Assembly: GCA_030604975.1 (NCBI GenBank)
Contig: JAUVUV010000001.1
Location: 1 to 24,367, forward strand
Reading direction: 5' to 3'
DNA length: 24,367 nucleotides
DNA from: Candidatus Glassbacteria bacterium
Lineage (GTDB): Bacteria; Gemmatimonadota; Glassbacteria; GWA2-58-10
In this document: piece by piece, positions 17,187 to 24,367 of the stretch
How the letters are laid out: each line of letters starts with the position of its first letter
Numbering within the stretch: position 1 is the stretch's first letter
Position numbers and translations under genes: made by a program
Notes under the pieces: generated by a model
The model's input: the letters and a program-made list of their open reading frames with translations, nothing else
What the model was told of the DNA's origin: nothing
Database searches by the model: none

Positions 17187-18764
17187 ATGAATTTTAAACG
17201 GGCCAGAAATCCGTATGTTTATGCCAGCATCACGGTGATTGTCCTGATGATGGCGGGTTGGCTGTTCGGCAGGTTGCTGGCCACCTCTGACAACACCTAC
17301 ATGCGCCTGCTGCTTCTCCAGGATGTTGTCAACCAGGTCTCTCTGCGCTATGTAGACAAGATCCCGCCAGACCAGCTTTACCGACGGGCAGCGGAAGGGC
17401 TGCTCAAGGGACTTGATCCCTACACCGAATTGATTCCAGCAGAGGAGTACAAGCGATTCCAGGAACTGCAGGTCAAAAGCGAGTACCTGGGCACCGGCAT
17501 CTCAATCACCCGGACAAACCGCGAAATTGTGGTGATGTCAACTTTTCCCGGCTCCTCAGCCTACCGCGAGGGGATCCAGCCGGGGGACCGGATTATCCGG
17601 GTCGACGGCAAATCCACCAGGAACTGGACCACCGAACAGGCCTCGCTACACCTGCTGGGCGAGGAGGGAACTACGGTCGAGGTGGCAGTTTCCCGCATGG
17701 GAGTACCTGATCCGTTGAACTTCACCCTGACCCGTGAGCAGGTGATCGTTCCCACGGTAACCAGGCATTTCATGCTACCCGACAGTGTAGGATATGTCAG
17801 GCTTGCCAACTTTACCGAGCGCTCTGCAGAGGAACTGAAAAAATACGTGGAAAATCTGCTGGCTGAGGGGATGAAATCACTCATTCTCGACCTGAGAGAT
17901 AATGCTGGCGGACTTACCGAAAGCGCCATAAATATCTGCGGCCTCTTCTTATCCGGCAAAGAACTGATAGTGTCGATCCGGGCCCGAAGGAAAGAAGACA
18001 GCAGCAGCTTTTTCTCCAAAAGCAAACCCGTGTTCAAGGACCAGCCGATGGCGGTTCTGATCAACGAGTTCACCGCATCCAGCAGCGAAATAGTCGCCGG
18101 GGCGCTCCAGGATCACGACCGGGCGGTAATTTTGGGAAAGAACTCATTCGGCAAGGGGCTGGTCCAGACCACGTTCCCGTTGAACTCGGGTGATGTGCTT
18201 AAAATCACCACGGCCCGCTACTATACCCCCAGTGGACGTAATATTCAGCGAGAAAATTTCAGCCGTATCGGCCGATTGTCCGAGAAAGAAGACTCTGAGG
18301 AGGAGCCAGAGACGCAGGCAGTATTTAAAACCGATATGGGGCGGGAAGTGCTCGGCGGGGGCGGGATCGCGCCAGATGTCGAGGTGGCCGAGGACAGCGC
18401 CGCATTCGACCTCTCTATTGTTGAACTTTTGCCCCATTCATTCAATTTCGCAGTGGCCTACAAGAGCGAGCACCCCAACCTCGACAAGTCGTTCCGGGCA
18501 GACAGGGAAGTCTTCAACGCTTTTGTCAGTTTCCTGAAAAACAAGGGCGTGGAAGTGGATGATAAAAAGCTCAACAGGCATCGCGCCTTTATCACGGACG
18601 ATCTGCTCACCTACCGAATCGCCCAGGTAACCTGGGACGACAATACCGCTTATCAGCTCATTGCCGGCTCCGACCGGCAATTGAATAAAGCCCTTGAAAT
18701 CCTTAGCAGCGCCAAAAGCCAGAATGAAATTTTCGAGAAAATTATGAAGGAAGGCAAAGATTGA
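17187..18764 (+). CDS. S41 family carboxy-terminal processing protease (CtpA/Prc-like) with PDZ domain
   Basis: N-terminal TM anchor, LDPYTE, PDZ region (GIQPGDRIIRVDG), LDLRDNAGG, catalytic TASSSEIVAGALQD, FGKGLVQ and TARYYTPSGR. Confidence 0.95.
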   Translation: MNFKRARNPYVYASITVIVLMMAGWLFGRLLATSDNTYMRLLLLQDVVNQVSLRYVDKIPPDQLYRRAAEGLLKGLDPYTELIPAEEYKRFQELQVKSEYLGTGISITRTNREIVVMSTFPGSSAYREGIQPGDRIIRVDGKSTRNWTTEQASLHLLGEEGTTVEVAVSRMGVPDPLNFTLTREQVIVPTVTRHFMLPDSVGYVRLANFTERSAEELKKYVENLLAEGMKSLILDLRDNAGGLTESAINICGLFLSGKELIVSIRARRKEDSSSFFSKSKPVFKDQPMAVLINEFTASSSEIVAGALQDHDRAVILGKNSFGKGLVQTTFPLNSGDVLKITTARYYTPSGRNIQRENFSRIGRLSEKEDSEEEPETQAVFKTDMGREVLGGGGIAPDVEVAEDSAAFDLSIVELLPHSFNFAVAYKSEHPNLDKSFRADREVFNAFVSFLKNKGVEVDDKKLNRHRAFITDDLLTYRIAQVTWDDNTAYQLIAGSDRQLNKALEILSSAKSQNEIFEKIMKEGKD

Positions 18765-19051
18765 GTACGAAAAAAAGCCCCAGGGATAAGACCAAAACAC
18801 TGCCTAAAAGCTCATCCGGCAGCTTCTTTACTCTGATAAACGAAAAACCCTCTGATTTCTGGTGGAACTTTGTCTATTTTCTCATTCTAAGCACAGCGAT
18901 CACATTTATTCTGGTAAACAATTCGGCAAACACCTTGAGGAGTACAACCGCGCTGATTATTCTCGGCCTCCTGCTGAGCCTTGACATATTCCCCACCGTT
19001 TACATGGTCAAAATCCTGCTCCGTTTTACGCGCAACAGATACCTGCAGTAA
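18761..19051 (+). CDS. Small hypothetical membrane protein (2 predicted TM helices)
   Basis: The TTG start overlaps the S41 stop (TTGA). A basic N-terminus is followed by two hydrophobic stretches. Confidence 0.55.
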   Translation: MSTKKSPRDKTKTLPKSSSGSFFTLINEKPSDFWWNFVYFLILSTAITFILVNNSANTLRSTTALIILGLLLSLDIFPTVYMVKILLRFTRNRYLQ

Positions 19052-19149
19052 AAAGTCCTGCTGTGCTCTCCGAATCATTCATCTTCAACATGCCAGTACG
19101 ACCACCTTTTATGCCGGTGTCCACCTGTCTTTCAAATTCTATCACTCAC

Positions 19150-20340
19150 TTATTTTACCGGAAACACCATCAGCTGGCTCAGGGATTCGTCTTCTCCCAT
19201 AAAGATATAGCAGCCGTCCTCTGATGCCGTAACCGTTGCGATCTGGAACCCGCGCCAGGGCAGTTCGCCCCCTATTTCAGGCGCGTAAAGCGGGAACCTC
19301 GGGTTGCCGAGATCGGTGAATCCACTGTCATTCGGATCGTAAACAAAAAGGTGGGCGTATCCGGGAAGCGCTCCAGCCACGCCATAGAGCTTTCCATCAC
19401 AGCCGAAAGCCAGGCCCACCAGCCGCGGCATCATGATCGGTTTTCCCAGGTTGGTTAACCTGCCGGTTACGGGGTCTATCTTGAAAAGCTGGCCGTCTCC
19501 TGCATTGCCTCCGTACAGAGTACCGTCTGGCGCCACAGCCCAGGAATCCACCCTTCCCAGCGAGCGCCGGCCCCAGACAATGGGGAGTTCGTCTTTCAGG
19601 GTCTCTATTTTACCGCTTTGCGGGTTGAAACGGAAAACGCTGTTCACCGGCCTGCTCCCATAGACCCGGCCGCTTTTGTCCACCACCAGTGCGCGGCTGA
19701 GGAAATCCTCCGGCTCGAGTGCATAGGAATGGTAGTAGCCGAGTTGTCTTTGGGTGGCTGCGGTTTCATCGTAAACCTGCACCTTGCCGGACTGGATATT
19801 GTAGGTAAAAAATCTGCCGCTCGGATGAGCGATTCCGTAAAGCATATTCAGCCTGCTGTCCGCTGTGATCGCGAAAATCCCTTCCCCATTCACCGGCTCG
19901 CCTAAATCGGTTACCTCGATTTTTTTGTTGGCAAATCGTACCTTGATCAGATGACCGCTTGCTCCCTCCTTATCCGGCATCGTGCCGGCATAGAGCACAG
20001 TCCCCCCGCGCCCGAAACCGCTCTGGATCGCACGCTGATCCGGTAAAACCTCGGCCAGGTCGTGTACGACCTCGAGGCTGCGGCTGGTCAATGAAACTGC
20101 GAAAAGAAACGGAGAGAGCCCCTCATTGGCCCGGGTACCGCCGATAGCATGGTCGCCGATACAGGTAAGCGAGGTGATCGCGTTGCGGTAGATCGGCAGG
20201 CGCAGCCGGTAAGTATTTTCCAGAGAAACCTCAACAGCGAAACTGCCTTTAGGCGAGAAAAACTTATAGTCGCCAGCCAACGGCCTGAACATTGCAAGCA
20301 CGGAAAAAGCAGCTGCGAGTGTCAATATCTTTCTGTTCAT
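19150..20340 (-). CDS. Secreted beta-propeller-like hypothetical protein (operon gene D)
   Basis: GGAGG lies 4 nt before ATG 20340. Signal peptide MNRKILTLAAAFSVLAMFRPLAG. Recurrent blade-like motifs (G.LYG; F.Y[ND]P..G; DLG). Confidence 0.85.
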   Translation of the reverse strand: MNRKILTLAAAFSVLAMFRPLAGDYKFFSPKGSFAVEVSLENTYRLRLPIYRNAITSLTCIGDHAIGGTRANEGLSPFLFAVSLTSRSLEVVHDLAEVLPDQRAIQSGFGRGGTVLYAGTMPDKEGASGHLIKVRFANKKIEVTDLGEPVNGEGIFAITADSRLNMLYGIAHPSGRFFTYNIQSGKVQVYDETAATQRQLGYYHSYALEPEDFLSRALVVDKSGRVYGSRPVNSVFRFNPQSGKIETLKDELPIVWGRRSLGRVDSWAVAPDGTLYGGNAGDGQLFKIDPVTGRLTNLGKPIMMPRLVGLAFGCDGKLYGVAGALPGYAHLFVYDPNDSGFTDLGNPRFPLYAPEIGGELPWRGFQIATVTASEDGCYIFMGEDESLSQLMVFPVK

Positions 20341-20388
20341 CAAACCTCCCGATTCCATTAGAAAGTAATTTTTGATTTTTTCCTGATT

Positions 20389-21636
20389 TTAAGGTGCAAT
20401 CTCTCTTGTTGGATTGAATATTATCATAAAAGGGCGGCTCGCCCCCGACTCGCCCATATTTTCCGCCTGGAGGCTGCGCCTCCGCCCGGCGAAATAAAGG
20501 TTGCCACGGTCGTCTTTCACATCGCAGCCGGTAACCTCGCTCACAACGTCAACCGGAAAGCGCAGCACGATTTGTTTCTCCCGGGTCAGCGGATCGAATT
20601 CCATGAGCAGCGTAGTGTCACTGACAACGTACTGGCCGTGCCCGCCGATAAAATAGTACAGCTTTCCGTTGTTTGCGAACCCCGAGTTCGGCGAGTACCC
20701 GCGGGGCGGAAGAGTTTCCATGTCATAAGTCGCCCCCAGAGCTTCGACAGAACCGATACCTCGCCTTTGCGGCCTGAAAGCGCAGACCATGTTGCCATAA
20801 GTGATCAGATAGATAACGCCGTTTTCACTGTCTTTGGCATAGGTCGGCACTCCGGTAATTATCCGTCCGGCCGGGGTTCCCGGAAAGGCAGGGATGCTGT
20901 CGCGCGAGAAAAGCAGCTGTCCGCTGTCCCGTTCGTACTTGACCAGGCGCTGGCGCCAGTCCACATAGTAGCCGTTACCCCACCTGTCACTGAATATGCA
21001 TCTCGGTACATGGTCACTTCCCACGCGGCCCAAGTCCCTGAAAATGTTATTTCCGGGGTCCCACAGCAGAAAATGCACCTGCGGATAGCTGACTCCGTAG
21101 ATCAGCCCTCCGACCCTGTCCAGGGCGATATCCTTGATACTATCGTACTTGAGCCCCAGGCCGAGGTTAGTCAGCCTTTCTTTTGCCGGATCCCACTTGA
21201 AAATGTAACCTCCTTGATAGCCGTGGGGATGGTTCATCAGGTACTCTTCACGGGATTCTCAGCCGTCTGTGGAAAAATACATGCAGCCGTGCGGCCCCTC
21301 AACGATCTCCGAATGTACTTTCCCCTGCCACTGGAAATCCCGCAGATTGGCCAGCTCGGGAAGAAATCCCACCAGACGCATCTTGTCCCGAATAACGTCA
21401 AATTCGTACAGACCTACTTTATCCCGGTGATTGGTCACTCCGATAAAGACTTTCTCGTGGGTGGTGCTGTAACCGATCGACCGCCAGGTGGAGTGCGCCC
21501 CGGGAAAGCCCGGGTATTCGACGAAACGGATGTTTTTCTCCGTGATCCGGGCCTCCAACCGGAAAGCACCCGTGACAATTAAGCCGAAAGCTACCGGCAG
21601 ACTCAGCAAGATCGCCTTTCGCACCAAACTTTTCAT
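20389..21636 (-). pseudogene. Secreted beta-propeller-like protein, paralogue C, interrupted by one in-frame TGA (21259-21261)
   Basis: ORF-track pieces 21259..21636 and 20389..21237 are in the same frame. The junction reads GCMYFSTDG*ESREEYLMNHPHG, versus GCMYFSSDGGESREEYLMNHPHG in paralogue A. Read-through gives 415 aa. Confidence 0.85.
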
Positions 21637-22877
21637 TCACCAATCTCGCGTTCCGGGTTGAAAATTACCATGAACGGCCTGCTGGCCCCTGATTCACCCA
21701 TCATCTCAGCCCTCGGGTCTCTCCTTCGACCGCAGAAATAAATATTACCCTCTTCGTCTTTAACGTTCGCTCCGGTAACCTCATTGATCTCTTTCAAAGG
21801 GAAAGACAGCACCATCCGTTTCGTCTTTTTTTCCGGATCGAACTCCATCAGCACGTTTTGTTCAACGCCGTCCACGTAATTCCCGTGCCCGCCGATAAAG
21901 TAATAGAGCAGGCCATTATCACCCAGTGCGAGGTTCGGGCAATAATAGTCGTAGGGCTGCTTCTGGTCGCTGTCGTAAATACCACCCAGGTCCTCGCAGT
22001 TGCCGAATCCGAGCCTGGTTGGGTAGTAAGCGATCATTTTAGAGCCGTAGGTGATAAGATAGATCATTCCTTTCTCCTGATCCTCGGCCCATGCAGTGAT
22101 CCCGGTAATGATGCTGTAGGGTGGTGTGCCTTTGAAAAAAGGCAGACTTTCTTTGGCAAAGAGTAATTTCTCCGTGTCATGCTCGTATTTGACCAGGCGC
22201 TGGCGCCAGTCCACATAGTACACGTTTCCGTAGCGGTCATTGAACAATACCCTCGGCACGTGGGTCGAACCGACACGTCCCAGATCGCGCAGATCGTTTT
22301 TTTGGGGATCGTACAGCAGAAGGTGCACCTGGGGGAAAGTGGTAGCCAGGATTTTGCCGCTCTTGCGATCTATCATCATGTCTTTCAGGCTGTCGAACCT
22401 TGGCCCCATGCCAATATTGTCCAGGCGTTCAGCCACGGGATCCCACCTGTAGAAAAAACTGCCGCCATAGCCGCGTGGATGGTTCATCAGGTAGAGCATG
22501 CGGGTCTCGCCGCCATCTGTGGAAAAATACATGCAGCCGTCCGGCCCTTCGACAACCTGTGAATGCATTTTGCCCTGCCACTGGAATTCCCGCAGGTTGG
22601 ACAGCTCGGGCAGAAATCCGTGGAGTCTCATCTTCCTGCGCTTTATATCATACTCGAAAAAACCCACCTTGTCCCGGTGATTTGTCACCCCGATATAAAC
22701 TTTCTTATGCGTTTTACTGTAGCCGATTGAACCCCACGAGGAATGCGCATCCGGGAAATCGGGATATTCCTCGAAGCGGATATTTTTCCTGGTGATCTCC
22801 GCCCCGGCAGGATGATAGCCGGCTCCGAGAACAAGCAAGACCATGAAAATACAGGCTCCCAGAACAGTGCGGTACAT
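21633..22877 (-). CDS. Secreted beta-propeller-like hypothetical protein, paralogue B
   Basis: Signal peptide ending AGA; colinear with A and C. Its start abuts the stop of A (TAGATG) and its stop overlaps the start of C (ATGA). Confidence 0.9.
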   Translation of the reverse strand: MYRTVLGACIFMVLLVLGAGYHPAGAEITRKNIRFEEYPDFPDAHSSWGSIGYSKTHKKVYIGVTNHRDKVGFFEYDIKRRKMRLHGFLPELSNLREFQWQGKMHSQVVEGPDGCMYFSTDGGETRMLYLMNHPRGYGGSFFYRWDPVAERLDNIGMGPRFDSLKDMMIDRKSGKILATTFPQVHLLLYDPQKNDLRDLGRVGSTHVPRVLFNDRYGNVYYVDWRQRLVKYEHDTEKLLFAKESLPFFKGTPPYSIITGITAWAEDQEKGMIYLITYGSKMIAYYPTRLGFGNCEDLGGIYDSDQKQPYDYYCPNLALGDNGLLYYFIGGHGNYVDGVEQNVLMEFDPEKKTKRMVLSFPLKEINEVTGANVKDEEGNIYFCGRRRDPRAEMMGESGASRPFMVIFNPEREIGE

Positions 22878-24119
22878 CTATTTGATCTCCCGTGTTGGAT
22901 TGAAAATTATCATGAACGGCCTGCTGGCCCCTGATTCACCTCTCATCTGGGCCTCTGCGTCTCTCCTTCGGCCGCAGAAATAGAGGCCGCCGTTCTCATC
23001 CTTGACATTTGCTCCAGTAACCTCGCTGATCTCTTTTAAGCGGAAAGATAGCACCATACGCTTGGTTTTTTTCTGCGGGTCGAATTCCATCAGGACATTT
23101 TTCTCTTCGCCATCTACATAACTTCCATGGCCGCCGATAAAATAATAGAGCATACCATTATCACCCAGGGCCAGGTTCGGGCAGTAGTAGTCATAGGGTT
23201 GTTTGGTCTCGAGATCGCCGTCATAAATTCCGCCCAGGTCTACCATTTTGCCAATACCGACTCTGGCTGGATAATAAGCGACCATCTTCGAGCCGTAGGT
23301 GACCAGGTAGATCACTCCGTTGGCCTGGTCCTCGGCATAGGCAGTAATTCCTGTTACCACGCGATAGCCAGGTGTGCCCTCGAAAGCAGGCAGGCTGTCC
23401 CTTGCGAAAAGGAGCTTACCTGTATCATGCTCATATTTAATCAAGCGCTGCCGCCAGTCAACATAATACATGTTGCCGAACCAGTCGCTGAACAGTGTCC
23501 GTGGCACGTGGTCAGAACCCACCCTGCCGAGATCGCGAATGTCGTTTTTCTCATGATCGTAAACCAGAAGGTGCGCCTGTGGGTAGGATACTCCCATGAT
23601 CCTGCCGCTGATTTGATCTATGGTAATATCCTTGACACTTTCGTACCGCATACCATAACCGAGCTTGGTCAGGAGTTCTCCCGCCGGGTCCCACTTGAAG
23701 AAAAACCCGCCGCCGTAACCGTGAGGATGGTTCATCAAGTACTCTTCCCTTGATTCCCCGCCGTCGCTGGAAAAGTACATGCAGCCGTCCGGCCCCTCGG
23801 TTATCTTCGAATGGATCTTTCCCTGCCACTGGAAATTACGCAGGTTGGCCAACTCTGGCAGAAACCCGCAGAGACGTATCCTGTCACGGATTACGTCGTA
23901 TTCGAAAAGACCCACCTTGTCCCGGTGGTTGGTCACCCCGATAAAGACTTTCCTATGGGTTTTGCTGTAGCCGATCGAACCCCAGGTGGAATGGGCATCC
24001 GGAAAGCTCGGGTATTCGACGAAGCGGATGTTTTTTTTCGTGATCTCCGCGCTTAGTATTCCAAAAACCGTCAACATTAAGGTCAAAGCCGTAAACATTA
24101 CTATTTTTATCTCTCTCAT
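22878..24119 (-). CDS. Secreted beta-propeller-like hypothetical protein, paralogue A
   Basis: AGGAG lies 7 nt before the ATG. Signal peptide ending ILSA. Repeated W/YDP....L..LG and G.(M/L)YF blade-like motifs. Confidence 0.9.
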   Translation of the reverse strand: MREIKIVMFTALTLMLTVFGILSAEITKKNIRFVEYPSFPDAHSTWGSIGYSKTHRKVFIGVTNHRDKVGLFEYDVIRDRIRLCGFLPELANLRNFQWQGKIHSKITEGPDGCMYFSSDGGESREEYLMNHPHGYGGGFFFKWDPAGELLTKLGYGMRYESVKDITIDQISGRIMGVSYPQAHLLVYDHEKNDIRDLGRVGSDHVPRTLFSDWFGNMYYVDWRQRLIKYEHDTGKLLFARDSLPAFEGTPGYRVVTGITAYAEDQANGVIYLVTYGSKMVAYYPARVGIGKMVDLGGIYDGDLETKQPYDYYCPNLALGDNGMLYYFIGGHGSYVDGEEKNVLMEFDPQKKTKRMVLSFRLKEISEVTGANVKDENGGLYFCGRRRDAEAQMRGESGASRPFMIIFNPTREIK

Positions 24120-24184
24120 TCACGCGCTCCTTTCTGAGGGTTATATGCACCTCTCGGTAAAAATCTCGTGTGCACTTTTAAGCG

Positions 24185-24207
24185 TTCAAATTCTATGATA
24201 ATTTGAA
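24185..24207. promoter_or_regulatory. Perfect 8-bp inverted repeat in the leader of the propeller operon
   Basis: TTCAAATT-CTATGAT-AATTTGAA. Confidence 0.4.
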
Positions 24208-24236
24208 GTTTATTGTTATTTTAAATTAGGTCTCAG

Positions 24237-24265
24237 AATTTATACTTATATGTAAGAGCTGTCAA
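24237..24265 (-). promoter_or_regulatory. Putative sigma70 promoter for the propeller operon
   Basis: On the minus strand: consensus TTGACA, 17 nt, TAAATT. Confidence 0.6.
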
Positions 24266-24367
24266 TCGGCTCTTTGGTATCCGGTAAGATACCGCCGACC
24301 ATAATGCTCAAAAGCCTAAAAACGCTTAAATATCTTTGGAAACCTGCTTAAAAACTACAAACGCGGA

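Noticed and set aside
15332-21261. TGA reassignment (code 4 Trp or code 25 Gly) suggested by two in-frame TGAs aligning with Trp and Gly
   Set aside because: The two sites imply different amino acids. Several genes with well-defined C-termini end in TGA (dtd with GTGA coupling, paralogue B with ATGA coupling, AGCS, S41), and TGG is used normally for Trp.
20572-21582. 336-aa plus-strand ORF, and other long antisense ORFs (1523..2230, 4993..5919, 9626..10204, 23127..23753)
   Set aside because: These are shadow frames opposite well-supported genes in GC-rich coding DNA, with no recognisable motifs.
1-24367. Mobile elements, prophage, tRNA or rRNA genes
   Set aside because: No transposase, integrase or phage genes, terminal repeats with target duplications, cloverleaf or rRNA signatures were found by eye.

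Overview
Bacterial chromosomal segment with moderately GC-rich genes and AT-rich spacers. No rRNA, tRNA, CRISPR array or mobile element was recognised. Gene order: (1) 5'-truncated STAND-like ATPase/TPR protein; (2) Tat-exported Gfo/Idh/MocA oxidoreductase; (3) degenerate class I methyltransferase-like protein, convergent with (4) an alanine/glycine:cation symporter; (5) an orphan AcrB-type RND permease; (6) a Tat-signal DUF2264 protein; (7) a degenerate HD-GYP-like protein with a 27-bp tandem-repeat tail; (8) archease, divergent from (9) dtd and (10) maf; (11) a glutathione peroxidase remnant, absent from the ORF track, in the maf-ArnT spacer; (12) ArnT/GT39-like glycosyltransferase; (13) S41 C-terminal protease coupled to (14) a small 2-TM protein; (15-18) a minus-strand operon of four secreted, unassigned beta-propeller-like proteins. 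Three of these four are close tandem paralogues, and one of the three is interrupted by a single in-frame TGA at a conserved Gly. The best novelty candidates are the propeller operon, the HD-GYP-like pseudo-enzyme and the hidden GPx remnant. All family calls come from motif recognition by eye; no database search was run.
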